DNA from: Octopus sinensis
Lineage: Eukaryota
Assembly (NCBI RefSeq): GCF_006345805.1
Contig: NC_043001.1
Span: forward strand, 131,130,001 to 131,194,000
Length of the DNA: 64,000 nt
Reading direction: 5' to 3'
Shown: piece by piece, positions 14,590-28,841 of the stretch
How positions within the stretch are numbered: position 1 is the first letter of the stretch
Layout of the letters: every line of letters starts with the position of its first letter
Position numbers and translations under genes: made by a program
Notes under the pieces: generated by a model
Databases searched by the model: none
The model's input: only the letters and a program-made list of their open reading frames with translations
What the model was told of the DNA's origin: nothing

Positions 14590-16010
14590 ATACCCATGTG
14601 TGTGTATGTACAAATATGTACATATATATGTTCCACTTACCTATGGATATTTAAACATATGTATAAAAACATACATATACACACACACACACATATATAT
14701 ATACAAATATATATGCATAAACTTATATATATATACATATATATATATATACATACTATATATATATATACATACATGTATATATATATATATGTATGTA
14801 TATATATTGTATATATACATATATATATATATAATATATATAGATATAATATAAACATATATATTTATATATGCATTATACATATAATATATAATATATA
14901 TATATGCATATACACATATATACATACAGATATGTACATTGATATACACATATATATACACATATATATATACATACGTATACATACATCTATATATATA
15001 TACCTATACATACTTATATATATATATATATATATGTACATATATATACATACATACATACATATGTATACATGTATATATATATACATACATCTATATT
15101 TGTATACATATAAATACATATACAGATATATATATATACATGTATATATATATACATACATCTATATTTGTATACATATAAATACATATACAGATATATA
15201 TATATACATATATACATATACAGATATATATATATATGTGTGTGTTGTGTGTGTGTATATATAATTGCATAGCAGCATGCATATACATATACACTCATAT
15301 GTGTGTATATGCATGAGTATATATATACATATATATACATACATATAGATATACGTAAATATATATACATATATTACATATACATATATTCATACATAAA
15401 TATATATACATATATTCATACAAATATACATACACATATACTTACATATATATACATATATACGTACGTACATATATATATATGCATATATATATATACA
15501 TAAGTATATATATATATACACATATATATATTTACATATATACATACATATATAGCTACATATATATGCATGTATTTATACATATATCTATATATATAGA
15601 CATATATATATATATATATATACATATATATACATACATATATACACATAGATATATACACACATATACTCATATATACATACATTTGTATAGATATATA
15701 CTTGCATTATATATATACATACTTTATATATATAATATATATATATATATATACATACATACATACATAAAAATATATACTCCCACATATATATACACAC
15801 ATATATATATATACATTCATATGTACATGTATGTGCATACATAGAGATATATGCATATATCTACATATGCATGTATGTATATTTGTGTATATATATATAC
15901 ATACATATATATATATATGTATATATATATATATTGTATACGTATATAAATAACATTATACACACATATATGTACATATATCCCTATATATATATTTTCA
16001 TTTACATACA
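14590..16010. repeat. Large degenerate (TA)/(TACA) microsatellite field
   Basis: Directly visible; includes a 68-bp internal re-duplication near 15091/15159. Confidence 0.95.
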
Positions 16011-16014
16011 TATA

Positions 16015-16188
16015 GGCGCAGTAGTGGCTATGTGGTAAGTAGCTTGCTTGCCAACCACATGGTTCCAGGTTCAGTTCTACTACATGGCACCTTGGGCAAG
16101 TGTCTTCTTCAATAGCCTCAGGCCAACCAAAGCCTTGTGAGTGGATTTGGATGATGGAAACTGAAATGAGGCTGTTGTATATATATAC

Positions 16189-16228
<40 letters not shown>

Positions 16229-16350
16229 TTGTGTGTCCTTGTTTGTCCCACCACAGTCGCTTGACAACCGATGCTGATGTGTTTACATCCCCATCACCTA
16301 GTGGTTCAGCAATAGATACCATTAGGGTAAGTACTAGGCTTACAAATGCA
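16015..16350 (+). mobile_element. SINE family A (tRNA head, CORE-like segment, internal microsatellite, partial tail)
   Basis: ggcgcagtagtggctatgtggtaag (A-box), ggttcagttc (B-box-like), ggcaccttgggcaagtgtctt (CORE-like), (TA)n(TG)n, then gcttgacaaccgatgctg. Confidence 0.9.
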
Positions 16351-16386
16351 GGTGTCAATTTCTTGAAAACTCTTGTATATGCACTG

Positions 16387-16424
<38 letters not shown>

Positions 16425-16454
16425 GTATGTATGTGATATATATGTATGTGTGTA

Positions 16455-16513
<59 letters not shown>

Positions 16514-17597
16514 CGTATATATACATATATATATGTGTTTTATATATATATATCTATATGTATGTCTATTATATATGTGTATATATATATATATCTATAT
16601 ATATATAACATATACATACATATACATATACATACATACACACAATCCCAATCCACATCCATGCATTTTTATATTTCAAGGTCACCTTTGCTTTTCATCC
16701 CTCAATATGTATAATAATACCAGTCATATACTCTGTGAATCCATTCCATTCTCTCTTGAATTTTGCCTCTCCCTCTCTCTCTCTCCCTCCCCCTCACTCC
16801 TTCTGTCTTTTTACCTTTCTCTCTCTCTCTCTCACTCTGTCATCTGTGAATTCCTTTTGCTTGCAGAATCACCTAGATTTTGGTGCGAGAGCTGTTTCAG
16901 GGTGTGACCGCTCACAGTACACCTTTCTAGAGAAAGACAGAATTTTTTCATGTGTGTGTTGCTAACAAATTCCCTTCATAGAAGAGGAATAGGTATGTGC
17001 AATGGAGCATAGAAGAGAAGTAAAGATAGGAGAGATATTTTAAGTCATGAATACTTTATCTCTTATACAATAACACACATTCATATACTAATAAACATAC
17101 ATTTATGTGTAAGTATGCACATTATTAAAAACATATATAAATTCAAGAGATATCCTAGCAATTACATAACACTAATCTTATAACACCTAGACATAAATAT
17201 AATGAAATTTATTGCACATCTTAAGATATCAAGGTAACTCTGATTTGCTCTTAAATCTAAGAAAACAACAACAATAATAATAATGATAATGATGATAACT
17301 TTTTTATACAATTCAAATAAAATGACGCAGCTGTTTCTTGAAATCCTGAAAAGACGGCATGTCAATAAATATGTAGTGGAAATCATTAAAACAAACAACA
17401 AACAACATATTTTTGTTAATTTTAATTTATTTTGCAAAAAAATATTAAGAAATAATGGACAAAAAATAACACTAAAAATATACTCACACATGAGTCCTCA
17501 CTATTCATCATTTTAAATCATGGTCATTCATGAATTAATTGATGACACGTTTATATACTCACACATTACTTTGATTAACTTATACTATATATATATA

Positions 17598-17643
<46 letters not shown>

Positions 17644-18029
17644 CATATATATATATATATATTATGTATAATCACAAGTACATACATCATCAGTTACCTA
17701 TACGCATATCTACATTATTTATTTATTCCAATGTAGGTTTTCACTGATAGAGACTGCAGTATCTGAATTGCTATACCAAAATATTGCTTGCACATGGAAG
17801 TAACTTGAAACTTTTGTAAAGTTGTTTTTTTTTGAGAAAAAAATTCACCGAGAAGACTAATAAATACCAAGGAAACAAATACATAGGAAAAATTTAGACA
17901 AGGTTTTCTTATCATTTGTCACAAAATTTATACTTTTAGTTTAAATAATATTTACTAACAGGTTTTTTTTTAAATACACCTACTTTCATTCGAAACGTAT
18001 ACATGAGTGTATGTGTGTAACTGTGTGAC

Positions 18030-18047
18030 ATATATATATACATATGC

Positions 18048-18090
<43 letters not shown>

Positions 18091-18396
18091 CTACACACAC
18101 ACATATATAGATCCACAATGCATATATACACGTGTGTAGAATATATATATATCCCAATATATCTGTTTATAAATCTATTACATGTACATGCATTTGTGTG
18201 AATGCATGTGTGTGTGCATATATATATGTGTGTATATATACATACATGTATATATATATATATGCATATATGTATATATCAATATATATATATATGAATG
18301 CATCAATATGTATGTATAGAGATACAGAGTTATATATATACTTATACAAACTTATATGCTGATATAGCTAAGCATGAAATTTTAATGCAAATGCAA

Positions 18397-18447
<51 letters not shown>

Positions 18448-19342
18448 TGTATACAAAATCATTCACATTCACACAGACTAACATTCATTTCGACATATAC
18501 ACACGTACAAACATATTGGCCTGTACATGAAACTCATACGCATACATTTTGATACAAGCAATATCATAGAAATGTGTTTATACATACATGCTTGAATATA
18601 TGCAAATTTATATACACACACAATACATATTATAATATAATATTATATATATATATATATATAATACTATAGATATATTAAATTGTTATTACATACATAA
18701 ACATGCACACACATTATACACACTACATATCTAACATTATTTACACATATGTACAATATATATACACACACATATACATACATACATGTGTATACGTATA
18801 AATATATATTATATATATATATATATAATGTATATATATATATATATACATGCCGATATATATACACACACATAAAATACATACATATTCACATACACAC
18901 ACACAATTGCCTATATGTGTCTGTGTATCCATACATATATAAATACAGCTCTAAATATTTGCACATGGAAATATTCACACACACATATATATTCATATTC
19001 ACATAATTTTTTTGAATATATGCATTAATTCACTAGTGCATGTATTAATTATAATGCAACTGATTCAAACACCAGCAGACACACATGTATAATTAATTAA
19101 ATTCAGATACAGAAAATTTTATACATACATCAATATATTTGCTATATATCAGTTACAAATACACATTATAGCCAGTCTCATGTTCATGTATGTGCATATA
19201 TGTGTGGATATATATAGAGAGAGATATATATACACATACACATGTGTGTTTGTTTCTATACATATATATCTATACATACATATATTACACCCCCACCACA
19301 TACACACACATATAAATATATGTGTGTATGTGTGTGTGTGTA

Positions 19343-19380
<38 letters not shown>

Positions 19381-19430
19381 AATATATATATATATACCTG
19401 TGTGTATGTATGTGTGTTTGTGTATATGCC
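18030..19430. repeat. Compound microsatellite field
   Basis: (TA)n/(CA)n/(TG)n with short unique interruptions. Confidence 0.9.
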
Positions 19431-19994
19431 TGTATAGAAGTGTTTTTGAATGCACAGACAAAAAGAAATTTTTACATTTCATTTCTCTTTAATTGCATAA
19501 TTTCATCTTTCTAATAAAAAGTTCACTATTTCTTTTATAAGTTCATTATTGTAAATTTCAGGTATCTTAATTTAAAATGTCCTTCAAATCTATATTTGTG
19601 TCTTTCCTAAAATATATCACTTCTCTAATTTATATTTGAAAAGTAATGAAACCAATCACATATATTAAAATATAATATTCCAAACTACTGCAGTGGGTTC
19701 TGTTTTACTGTTAATTAAAGTGGTGAGATTTTGATTTTTATGTTCTTTCCAGGCTGGTAGAAAATTCTAGAATGAAATAAATTAAGTTTTTTTTCTGTTT
19801 TTACGCATTTTAACTAGTTTATAACTATTTTAAATTTGTAAAAAAAAAACCAACAAAAAGACTAACCTTATCTATGTTCCAATCCAATGAAAACTTAACA
19901 GAACTTACGTAAGAAAGCTATCCTTTGAATCAATTTCTTTCCTCTACATTAAATTCAAAGTCAGAAGAGATAGAGAGAGGGAGAGGCTTGTTCT

Positions 19995-20300
19995 CGAAGG
20001 CATATTACACAGTGAAAAACAGGGAGGGAATGAGTTTCAATGGTGTAGTGCAGTGAAAATTAAATTTCAAGATGGCTGCTAGAAATTTTAAAAGAATTTC
20101 AATTCAAAGATTTCAATGAAGATAGTAGGCCCAGTAGCTTTAAATTTTCTCAGAATGCTTGAAATATAGAATTGAATGACATAGGATAAGTAAATTGGAA
20201 GAGACACATGCATAATAAATAGGAAACTTGAATTTTAAAAAGGGGTAAATTTTGTTTTTTCACAAAATGAAAATTTTTGAGAAAATTTAAATTTTAAAAT
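19995..20300. mobile_element. Old non-autonomous DNA-transposon-like repeat (related to 33860-34150)
   Basis: aaattaaatttcaagatggctgctagaaattttaaaagaattt matches aaaattaaaatttcaaaatggctgacagaaatttaaaacaaattt; termini not resolved. Confidence 0.35.
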
Positions 20301-21259
20301 GTAATCGATTCTTTAATTATCCAAGCATGTATGAGACAAAATAGGACTAGCTCCAGCTCCAGTTGTGTGGAGGGGGAGGGAGAAATGTAGTTGATGCATT
20401 TTTGTTGTAAAATGAGTGTTGAGCTGTGAAAACCTAAAAAAACATTCACAATTCTAAAACTAAAATAAATGAATTGTTTTTTTGATTTCTTGTAGAAATA
20501 CACATGCTTACCATATATGGTATTATATATTAAAATATCTGAATATTTAATATTAACAAGTAAGGTGGAGACAACAGAATTTATCTCAAGAAAATTAGCC
20601 GTATATTTAGTTACCAAAAATTAATATTAATTTGCATTATTTCATAATAAATAATGTGAAAAACAAGTTCCTAATCATATTATTAGACCAGTATATTTAT
20701 GATGTCTTTATAAATTTCAGCATGTTTTATAATTTTCAAACACTTAAGTATTGGTTGTAAGCATTTCATCATAATGTAGAATGTACTATATTCAATGAAA
20801 TAAATGTTACATAATCACCAAATTTCAAAGTAATAAATTTCTTCTGGAAAAACACTACATTATTTACAATATAAATTATTCACACTGAAATATTTGTTAC
20901 ATATAAAATGCTATTAGATAAGAGACATCATGATTATACAATCAAATTCAAAGGAATAAAATATATAGTCATTCTCTTTCAAGTTGGCATACAGCATATA
21001 GTACAAAATAAAGGGGTTACAAAATATGTAAATGAATCAATTACAGACACATCTCCCATATATTAAGCCAGATGAAAAAAAATTCAGCTAATTTGCTAGA
21101 TTAGACAGAGTATTCTTAGGAAATTTATTTCGATATTAAGAAAAAGTACAATGGTAGATAATAGAATATAAATACCAAATATATCAAAAGTGTATACATG
21201 TAAAATACACTTATGAAGTTTACCATCTATATGTATAGATGGTAAACTCATATAGAAAA

Positions 21260-21296
<37 letters not shown>

Positions 21297-21935
21297 AACA
21301 TGTATAGACACACTATATATACACACATCCAGAAGCATACACACACACATATATATATGTATATACATAAATACATGTACATATATATACATATACATAA
21401 ATATATACTTATATACATACATATACATATATACTTATATACATACATATACATATATATGCATATACATGCATGTGTATGTATATACATATATATATGC
21501 ATATGCATACATATATATACACATATATATAAATACATATACTTATATACATATATATACATATACTTATATAACATATATATATACATATACTTATATA
21601 CATATATAATACATATACTTATATACATATATATATATACATATACTTATATACATATATATATACTTATACACATATATATATACATATACTTATATAC
21701 ATATACATACATATACTTATACATATATACATACATATACTTATACACATATACATACATATACTTATATACATATATTTATATACATATATTTACATAT
21801 ACTTATATACATATATATACATATACTTATATACAAATATATACATATACTTATATATATATATATATACATATACTTATATACATATATATATACATAT
21901 ACTTATATACACACACACATATATATATATATATA
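21260..21935. repeat. Microsatellite-derived higher-order array (TATACATATACT-like units)
   Basis: Recurrent catatacttata motif among (TA)/(CA) units. Confidence 0.9.
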
Positions 21936-21937
21936 TT

Positions 21938-22378
21938 GGCCATCCACTCATGATTGAGGAAGACCATTGTTGACTTTCATGTGTGCTCTAAGACTAACTT
22001 ATATTTTGCATTTGCGGCTCCTTTAGTGGTTAATGAGCCCTGCTCTTGATAAGCATACACGTCTGCAAATATTGCAAACCATACTTTCCCCATTCACTAC
22101 ACCAGTAGTGCACTTTTGAGCAATATGCTTAAGTTCTTAATGCAGAATACGTGCTCTCTCAAAAGTGTCAACCCCTTAACCTGCTTCCTCCATCTGTGGT
22201 GATGACAGGCATTGTTCTCCCAGTCAGTCTTCTGCATATCACAGGCCTTTGATGAGGACTTGGCACAGTCTTTAAATAGCAGCCTTGGTTTCTGCTGAGG
22301 TCTCTTGCCATTCACAAGTTCCCCATATATACATGAATCCTACTATAGTTCATTCTAATGAGGTGTCCAGTCAGACAT
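21938..22378 (-). mobile_element. RTE-clade LINE 3' end (RT C-terminus and 3'UTR)
   Basis: Minus strand reads TGHLIRMNYSRI..GELVNGKRPQQKPRLLFKDCAKSSSKACDMQKTDWENNACHHHRWRKQV, the RTE C-terminal motif, then a 3'UTR ending in (AT)n. Confidence 0.85.
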
Positions 22379-22380
22379 AA

Positions 22381-22757
22381 TTGTTCCTTCAACCAGCTAT
22401 CTTATGTGAAGGATCAACTCTGAAAGTGGTAGAGAATTTTGTCCACCTGGGCAGCACACTCAGCCATTCTTGATTACTAGATGATAAAATATCTTTCAGG
22501 CTGCAGAGGGCAACTTACAACTTTTGGTATCTTCAGTCTCATGTCTGGTCCTAGCATGGCATTACAAAGAAAACAAGAATTGCTGTCTACCATGCATGTG
22601 TAATGACATCGACTCTATACTCATGTGAGACATGGACCCGTTACAAGCATCATGCAAAGATCCTTGAATTTTGGTTGGAACTTAAAAACTCCAGGCACAC
22701 AGGTCCAGAGGAAAGCTGATATCTTCAGTAATGAGGCGATGGTGCAAAGAAGCCATT
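22381..22757 (+). mobile_element. RTE-clade LINE RT segment, inverted relative to the adjacent 3' end
   Basis: QPAILCEGSTLKVVENFVHLGSTLS..LDDKISFRLQRA..TKKTRIAVYHACVMTSTLYSCETWTRY..LNFGW..SNEAMVQR with internal stops. Confidence 0.85.
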
Positions 22758-22759
22758 AT

Positions 22760-23397
22760 AAACACACACACACATGCACGCACACATATATATATGTATA
22801 CATTACATATATACACACATATATATACATATATATATATATATATACACTATTTATATACATATATATATATATATGTACACATAATATATATACACAT
22901 ATACATACATTATATACATATATACATATAAATACATTATATAATTACATATAAGAATATGTATGTATATGCATATAAATTACATTATACATATATATAC
23001 AATTATATGTCTATATATAATTATATAATATATATATATATATATATATAATATTATATATAGTATAATATATATGTATAAATTATATTATATGAATATA
23101 TGTATATATCCATATAAATATATATAAGTATATATACATATATATAGATATATATATCACAACATATGTATATATATACAAATATATATACATATATATA
23201 TATATACATATGTATACTCTATATATATATATATATACATATGTATACATCTATGTATATATATACATATATATGCATATTATGTATATATATATATAAC
23301 AAATATATATATATATATAAACACAATATATATATATACATATACAAATATATATGTATATATATATATATATATATACATATATACATATATGCAA

Positions 23398-23428
<31 letters not shown>

Positions 23429-23465
23429 CGCAAATTATATATATATATATATATACATATACGCA

Positions 23466-23498
<33 letters not shown>

Positions 23499-24000
23499 TA
23501 TATACGTATATATGTATTTGTGATATATACAAATATATATACATACATATATACATATATAATATACATACATATATATATACATATATGTATATATGTA
23601 TATATACAAATAAATTATATATTATATATATATATATACCTATATGTATATTACATATAAGCATATATGTATATATAACATAATATATATACATATATGC
23701 ATAATACATATATATATATATACATATATGCATATATACATATATATATATATATATACATATAAGCTTTTATGTATATATACATATATATATATACATA
23801 TATGTATATATACATATATGTATATATACATATATATATATGTATATATACATATACCAATATGTATATACATACGTATATACAAATATGTATACGAATA
23901 CATATATACATATACATATATATACATAAATGTATCTATGTATACACACACACACACACATATATATATATGAATATATATCTATATATACATATATATA
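22760..24000. repeat. Large (TA)/(TACA) microsatellite field
   Basis: Directly visible. Confidence 0.95.
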
Positions 24001-24400
24001 TTGTTGTTGGCATCCTTCTTTCTCGGGAGACAATGGAGTTGCACATAAACTAATCCAGTCTGGTTTTTACATTTCATATCCTCTCCAGTTTTGTGCAGTC
24101 CTAGGCTAGATGTAAGAAAATCCACAGTAGCCCAGTCATCAGGATTCCTCTTTCAACCTTGCTGACATAGTCCAAAGGAGTGCAGAACAATATGTTTGCC
24201 ACCTGCCTGGTTGCAGGGGCTGCTGGAATAGTGTCCAGTTAAACACTAAACCACCTACAGAGTTCCACTCTGGATTTCTTTGAAGGTTGTCTCCTTTCCG
24301 TAACCCTGGATAGGGGCCCATACCGGAGCCAACTGAGCCTGGGACACATGTCAGGCAGGGTCGTCACTCCCTGAAGTAGTAAAGAAGATCCCTACCTATT
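24001..24400 (-). mobile_element. Non-autonomous RTE-related retroposon
   Basis: Minus strand ends gcaactccattgtctcccgagaaagaaggatgcc(aac)n, resembling recalled RTE tails; no ORF. Confidence 0.5.
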
Positions 24401-24471
24401 ACTAAGTATATATATCTATATAAATATATATATATATATATATGTATATACTTATATATATACATACACAA

Positions 24472-24504
<33 letters not shown>

Positions 24505-24525
24505 CATGTGTGTATATATATATAC

Positions 24526-24602
<77 letters not shown>

Positions 24603-24799
24603 CATATATTACATATATATACATGCATACATATATATGTGTGTGTATAATATATATATATATATATATGTATGTATATATACGTACATATATATATATA
24701 TATGCATACATATATATATGCATGCATATACATATTTATATATATGCATACATGTATATATGTATATACATATATATATACATACATATATACATATAT

Positions 24800-25250
24800 G
24801 CGTGATCTTGGTGAAGCTGGATAACTTGGAGAGTGGTTACATGACTTCCTGAAAGATAGCAGTCAGGCAGTGATCTACCTCAATGAAAATACAAATAGTG
24901 AGCGGTGTTCCACAGGGCACTGTCTTGGAACTACTGCTTTTCATAGTGGTTTTTTCAGATATGCCCACAACTTCCCAGAAAGCTACCCTTGCTAGCTACA
25001 CAGACGATGCGAAAGCCTCACAGAAAACACAGAACCCCTGCAATGTTGCACATCTGTAGCAGAAGTTGGACTCAAGTTACAGATGGGCTGTGAATAATAA
25101 TATGCAGTTTAATGCTCAAAAATTCCAAACCCTGCACTACCAGTATCCAAAACTGAATATGCAACTTACAGGGTACACTTGACCACAGGGAATTAGAATC
25201 CGAGAACCTAAATCAGTGAGGGACATGAGTGATGATACCTCTTTCCAAGT
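24800..25250 (+). mobile_element. CR1-type LINE reverse transcriptase fragment (degraded)
   Basis: [57 protein letters not shown]. Confidence 0.85.
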
Positions 25251-27700
25251 GCACAAAATATATGGTAAATAGGGTCGGTGCCAGAATATCTCCTTGTTTT
25301 ACTCCATTTTGTATTGAGATAGGCTCCGACATTTTACCTCTAACATTAATCCTAACTTCCATGTCTTCATGAAAAGACCTAACCAAAGCACTTTTCAGGA
25401 CAAACAAGTTTCTAGAGAACTTTCCACAGTGCATTTCTATTAACGGTATCAATGGATTTTGTCAGATCAACAAAAACCTGATATAAATCCAAACCTTGTT
25501 CCACACACTTCTCCTGAAGCTCTCTACTTGAAAAGATCACATCAGCAGTGCTGCATCCCACATGGAAGCCAGACTGACTTTCTGGAAGAACACAATCTGC
25601 AATGTGTTTCAGCAGATGATCCAGACATACCCCTGCATAAAACATCTCCCACGACAGAAATCAATGATATTCCTCTATAGTTACCACAATCATTCCTGTT
25701 GACCTTTCCCTTAAATAAAACCACCACTAGTGTATCTCTCCAGTCCTCAGGTACAGATTCACTAGCCCATATCCTGCCAAACAAGAAGTGAAGTTGCTGC
25801 AGAAGTTTCTCACCACCTGCTCTAACAACTCTGCATGTATGTCATTCATACCCAGAGACCTCGCATTATTCATCCTTGAGACAGCCACTGCAACTTCTTC
25901 CAGCTTTGGTGGTTCTAGGAGAGCCACCTTCACAGGTAATTCAGGGATGTGATTGAGAGCATCCTCACTAACTACAGACTGCTGATTCAAAAGTTCATCA
26001 AAGTGTTCTCGCCACCTTCGTAGAATTCCTTTACCATCCCTGCTTTGAAGTGGTGTCATCAGAGAAGAAGTCGGTCCATAAACTTCTCGCAAGAGACCAT
26101 ACAACAGCTTTGTGTTATTGGAATCCGATGCCGCCTGTATCTCATCAGTCTTCTTACCTCATCACGTATCCCTCATCTGGGAAAGTCTCCACCTCACACG
26201 TGATTTCACATCCTTGAGTTCCCTATGCAACACTTCCCTCTCCTATGGATTTGCTGACAAATACCATGACAAAGTACGTCTTTTATCACCCAATAAATCA
26301 TCTATATGTTCATCATTTTCTTTAAACCAATTTTGATGTTTTCTTTGTATCAATTCCAGAACTTTCCTGCCTATATCATAAACTGAGATTTTAACCCTTT
26401 CGTTACCGTATTCATTTTGAGATGCTCTGTGTTTCTTTCAATTAATTGTAAATATAACAAAGAATTTAGTAAAATTACTTACGTATCATTCAGCTACTGT
26501 TAGGATCATAAATTGTGACTATGGTTTGGTGGTATTTTTTAATGAAAAACTTATGAAAACAAGACATTTATACTACAGAGCCAGAGCCGGTTTTGGCCGG
26601 GTTAGCATCAAAAGGGTTAAGGTTTGGCCCACCCTCCCCAATATTTGCAACATTCATTTCTTCTTGTAAAGTTCTCTTCACACTATTACACCTAAGATGA
26701 CCAACATTCAGTCTTTTAGGCAGGGTAATACCTGCAGCCCAGATTTTACGTTTTGTAATTAATTTCACTTTTGCATGTACTAGGCAGTGGTCAGTCCAAC
26801 ACTCAGCCCCACGAAGGACATGAACACACTTCACATCTCGTCTGTTGCACACCCTAACAAGGATGTAATTCAGAATATGCCATACTTTAGATGCAGGATG
26901 CATCCATGTGGTCTTGAACTTATTCTTTTATTGAAACAAGGTATTGGTAACACACAGACGCAGCTCCTCACACATCTGCAGCAGAAGCATACCATTACTA
27001 TTACACTTTCCCACCCCATGCTTTCCAATTACAGTCATGTGTTAAAATCCCTACCCACTCTAGCATTAAAGTCACCCAGTACGATGACTTTGTCTGCCCG
27101 AGGGATATTTCTTATAATGCCCTTCAAAGCATGGTAGAAAGAAAGTTTTTCCGTCATCAGTAGAGCACATAGTTGGAGCATACACACTCACCAAGGTCAC
27201 ATAATTTCCTTTAACCAAAGGAATTCTCATGGACATAAGATGCTTGTTAATCCTGATTGGGAATTCTTCCACCTTGTCCACAAGAGTAGTCTTAACAGCA
27301 AATGCCACTCCAGCCTCTCCTCTAAACTCTTCATACCTCCCTTTCCAAAAGAATGTATATTTTCCACAAGATTCTGTAAGATGACCATCTCCAGTTAATC
27401 TCATCTCAGATAAAGCAATGATGTCAAGATCATAGCATCAAAGCTCCTTTGCAACAAGAGCAGTCCTTCATTCAGGACATTCTGAGGACTCACAATCAAG
27501 CAGCATCCATACATTCCAACAGCCAATATTCAATATTTTATTTGGTTCTATCACAGTAGCACGATGACAGCCGGGTTCAGACTGTGATGCCCTGGAGCCC
27601 CTGCCGGGCCAGACTCTTCCATCTGATGTGATTCCAGATTCCTTAATGCCATTTATTTTTATACTGTTTTGGTACATCCTTGATTGTTGAGACTTACAGC
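25250..27700 (-). mobile_element. RTE-clade LINE pseudogene: 5' region, APE endonuclease and N-terminal RT, 3'-truncated; 5'UTR may extend to ~28000
   Basis: ILNIGCWNV, YTFFWKG..EAGVAFAVK..VSVYAPT, CWTDH, RKHQNWF, CGNYRGISLISVVG, LPESQSGF..LQEKCVEQ..FVDLTKSIDTVNR, NGVKQGDILAPTLF, with frameshifts and stops. Confidence 0.95.
26391..26620. mobile_element. piggyBac-type MITE inserted in the RTE
   Basis: TTAA-CCCTTT...AAAGGG-TTAA termini; removing it plus one TTAA restores the RTE frame GEGGPNLKISVYDIGRKVLELIQRKHQNWF. Confidence 0.9.
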
Positions 27701-28249
27701 ACTATCAACAATCATCAATTAGTTAATCAATCAACCAGTTTAATCAATCAATCAATCAATACTGTTATCATGCAATGCTTGTGCAAGAAGATTTTCTTTA
27801 GAGTGAGGAAAAGCTGTGCACTGAGTCAATCCCACTCACTAAGCTGCGGCAACCATAACCTGAATAGAAGAACAAGTCAACATCAGCGGTAACCACTGAG
27901 CTGCAGGTTTTATATCGGAGTAATCCCAGTTATGTGAGTTGCCTTCTCCTAGAAGGATGCCCTAGTAAAGGCTAATGGTTTAATCGCACGATCAGATATT
28001 CAGTCTGATTATTTCTATGTCCCCACACAAGATACAGCTCTAAGCTGGATAAGATAGATATAAGGGGGAAAAAAAACACATATGATATATAAAAAAATTT
28101 TGATATACAAAATATACATAAAATATATGATATGGGGTATATAAAAATATATATATAAAATTATATATAATAAGCAAACTATAAAAATATACAATATATA
28201 AAATTATTGAGAGAAAGGGACATATGCAGTAAATCTATAATTACACACA

Positions 28250-28440
28250 TATTGGATGGCCGTCGACTCCCAAGAGTTCCTCTACACTTTGACAGGTTTT
28301 GTTTTTCATCCTGCAGGGTGTCCAATAAACACCCTCCTCATCAAGCAAGCTTGGTGGGGTTGCTGGTTTAGTTACCAACAGCCTGACCATGCGACAGGTT
28401 ATACTGGGTTACATGTTACCAGTAGCACTCGAAAGTGACC
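28250..28440. mobile_element. Dispersed repeat (related copy at ~38215-38375)
   Basis: caagcaagcttggtggggttgctggtttagt..tactgggttacatgttacca vs caaacaagcctggtgggtgatgctgatttagt..tactggattacatgctacca. Confidence 0.55.
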
Positions 28441-28702
28441 TGACATTATATATATATACATACACAGATATATATGCATATTCATACACACACATATATA
28501 TATATATACATATACATGTATATACTCATTTTCATATATATATGCATGTACATATATATACATATATATATTCATACATATATATACATATATATATATA
28601 TATATATTCATACATATATATACATATATATATATTCATACATATATATACATATACAAATACATATACATACATATATTCATACATATATATACACATA
28701 TT

Positions 28703-28704
<2 letters not shown>

Positions 28705-28734
<30 letters not shown>

Positions 28735-28792
28735 CATGCATATATATACACATATACATACATATATACATACATATATATATATACACACA

Positions 28793-28841
<49 letters not shown>

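Noticed and set aside
16903-16916. TGTGACCGCTCACA, a 13/14 match to the symmetric lac operator core
   Set aside because: A single short palindrome in eukaryotic DNA with no vector context; chance is sufficient.
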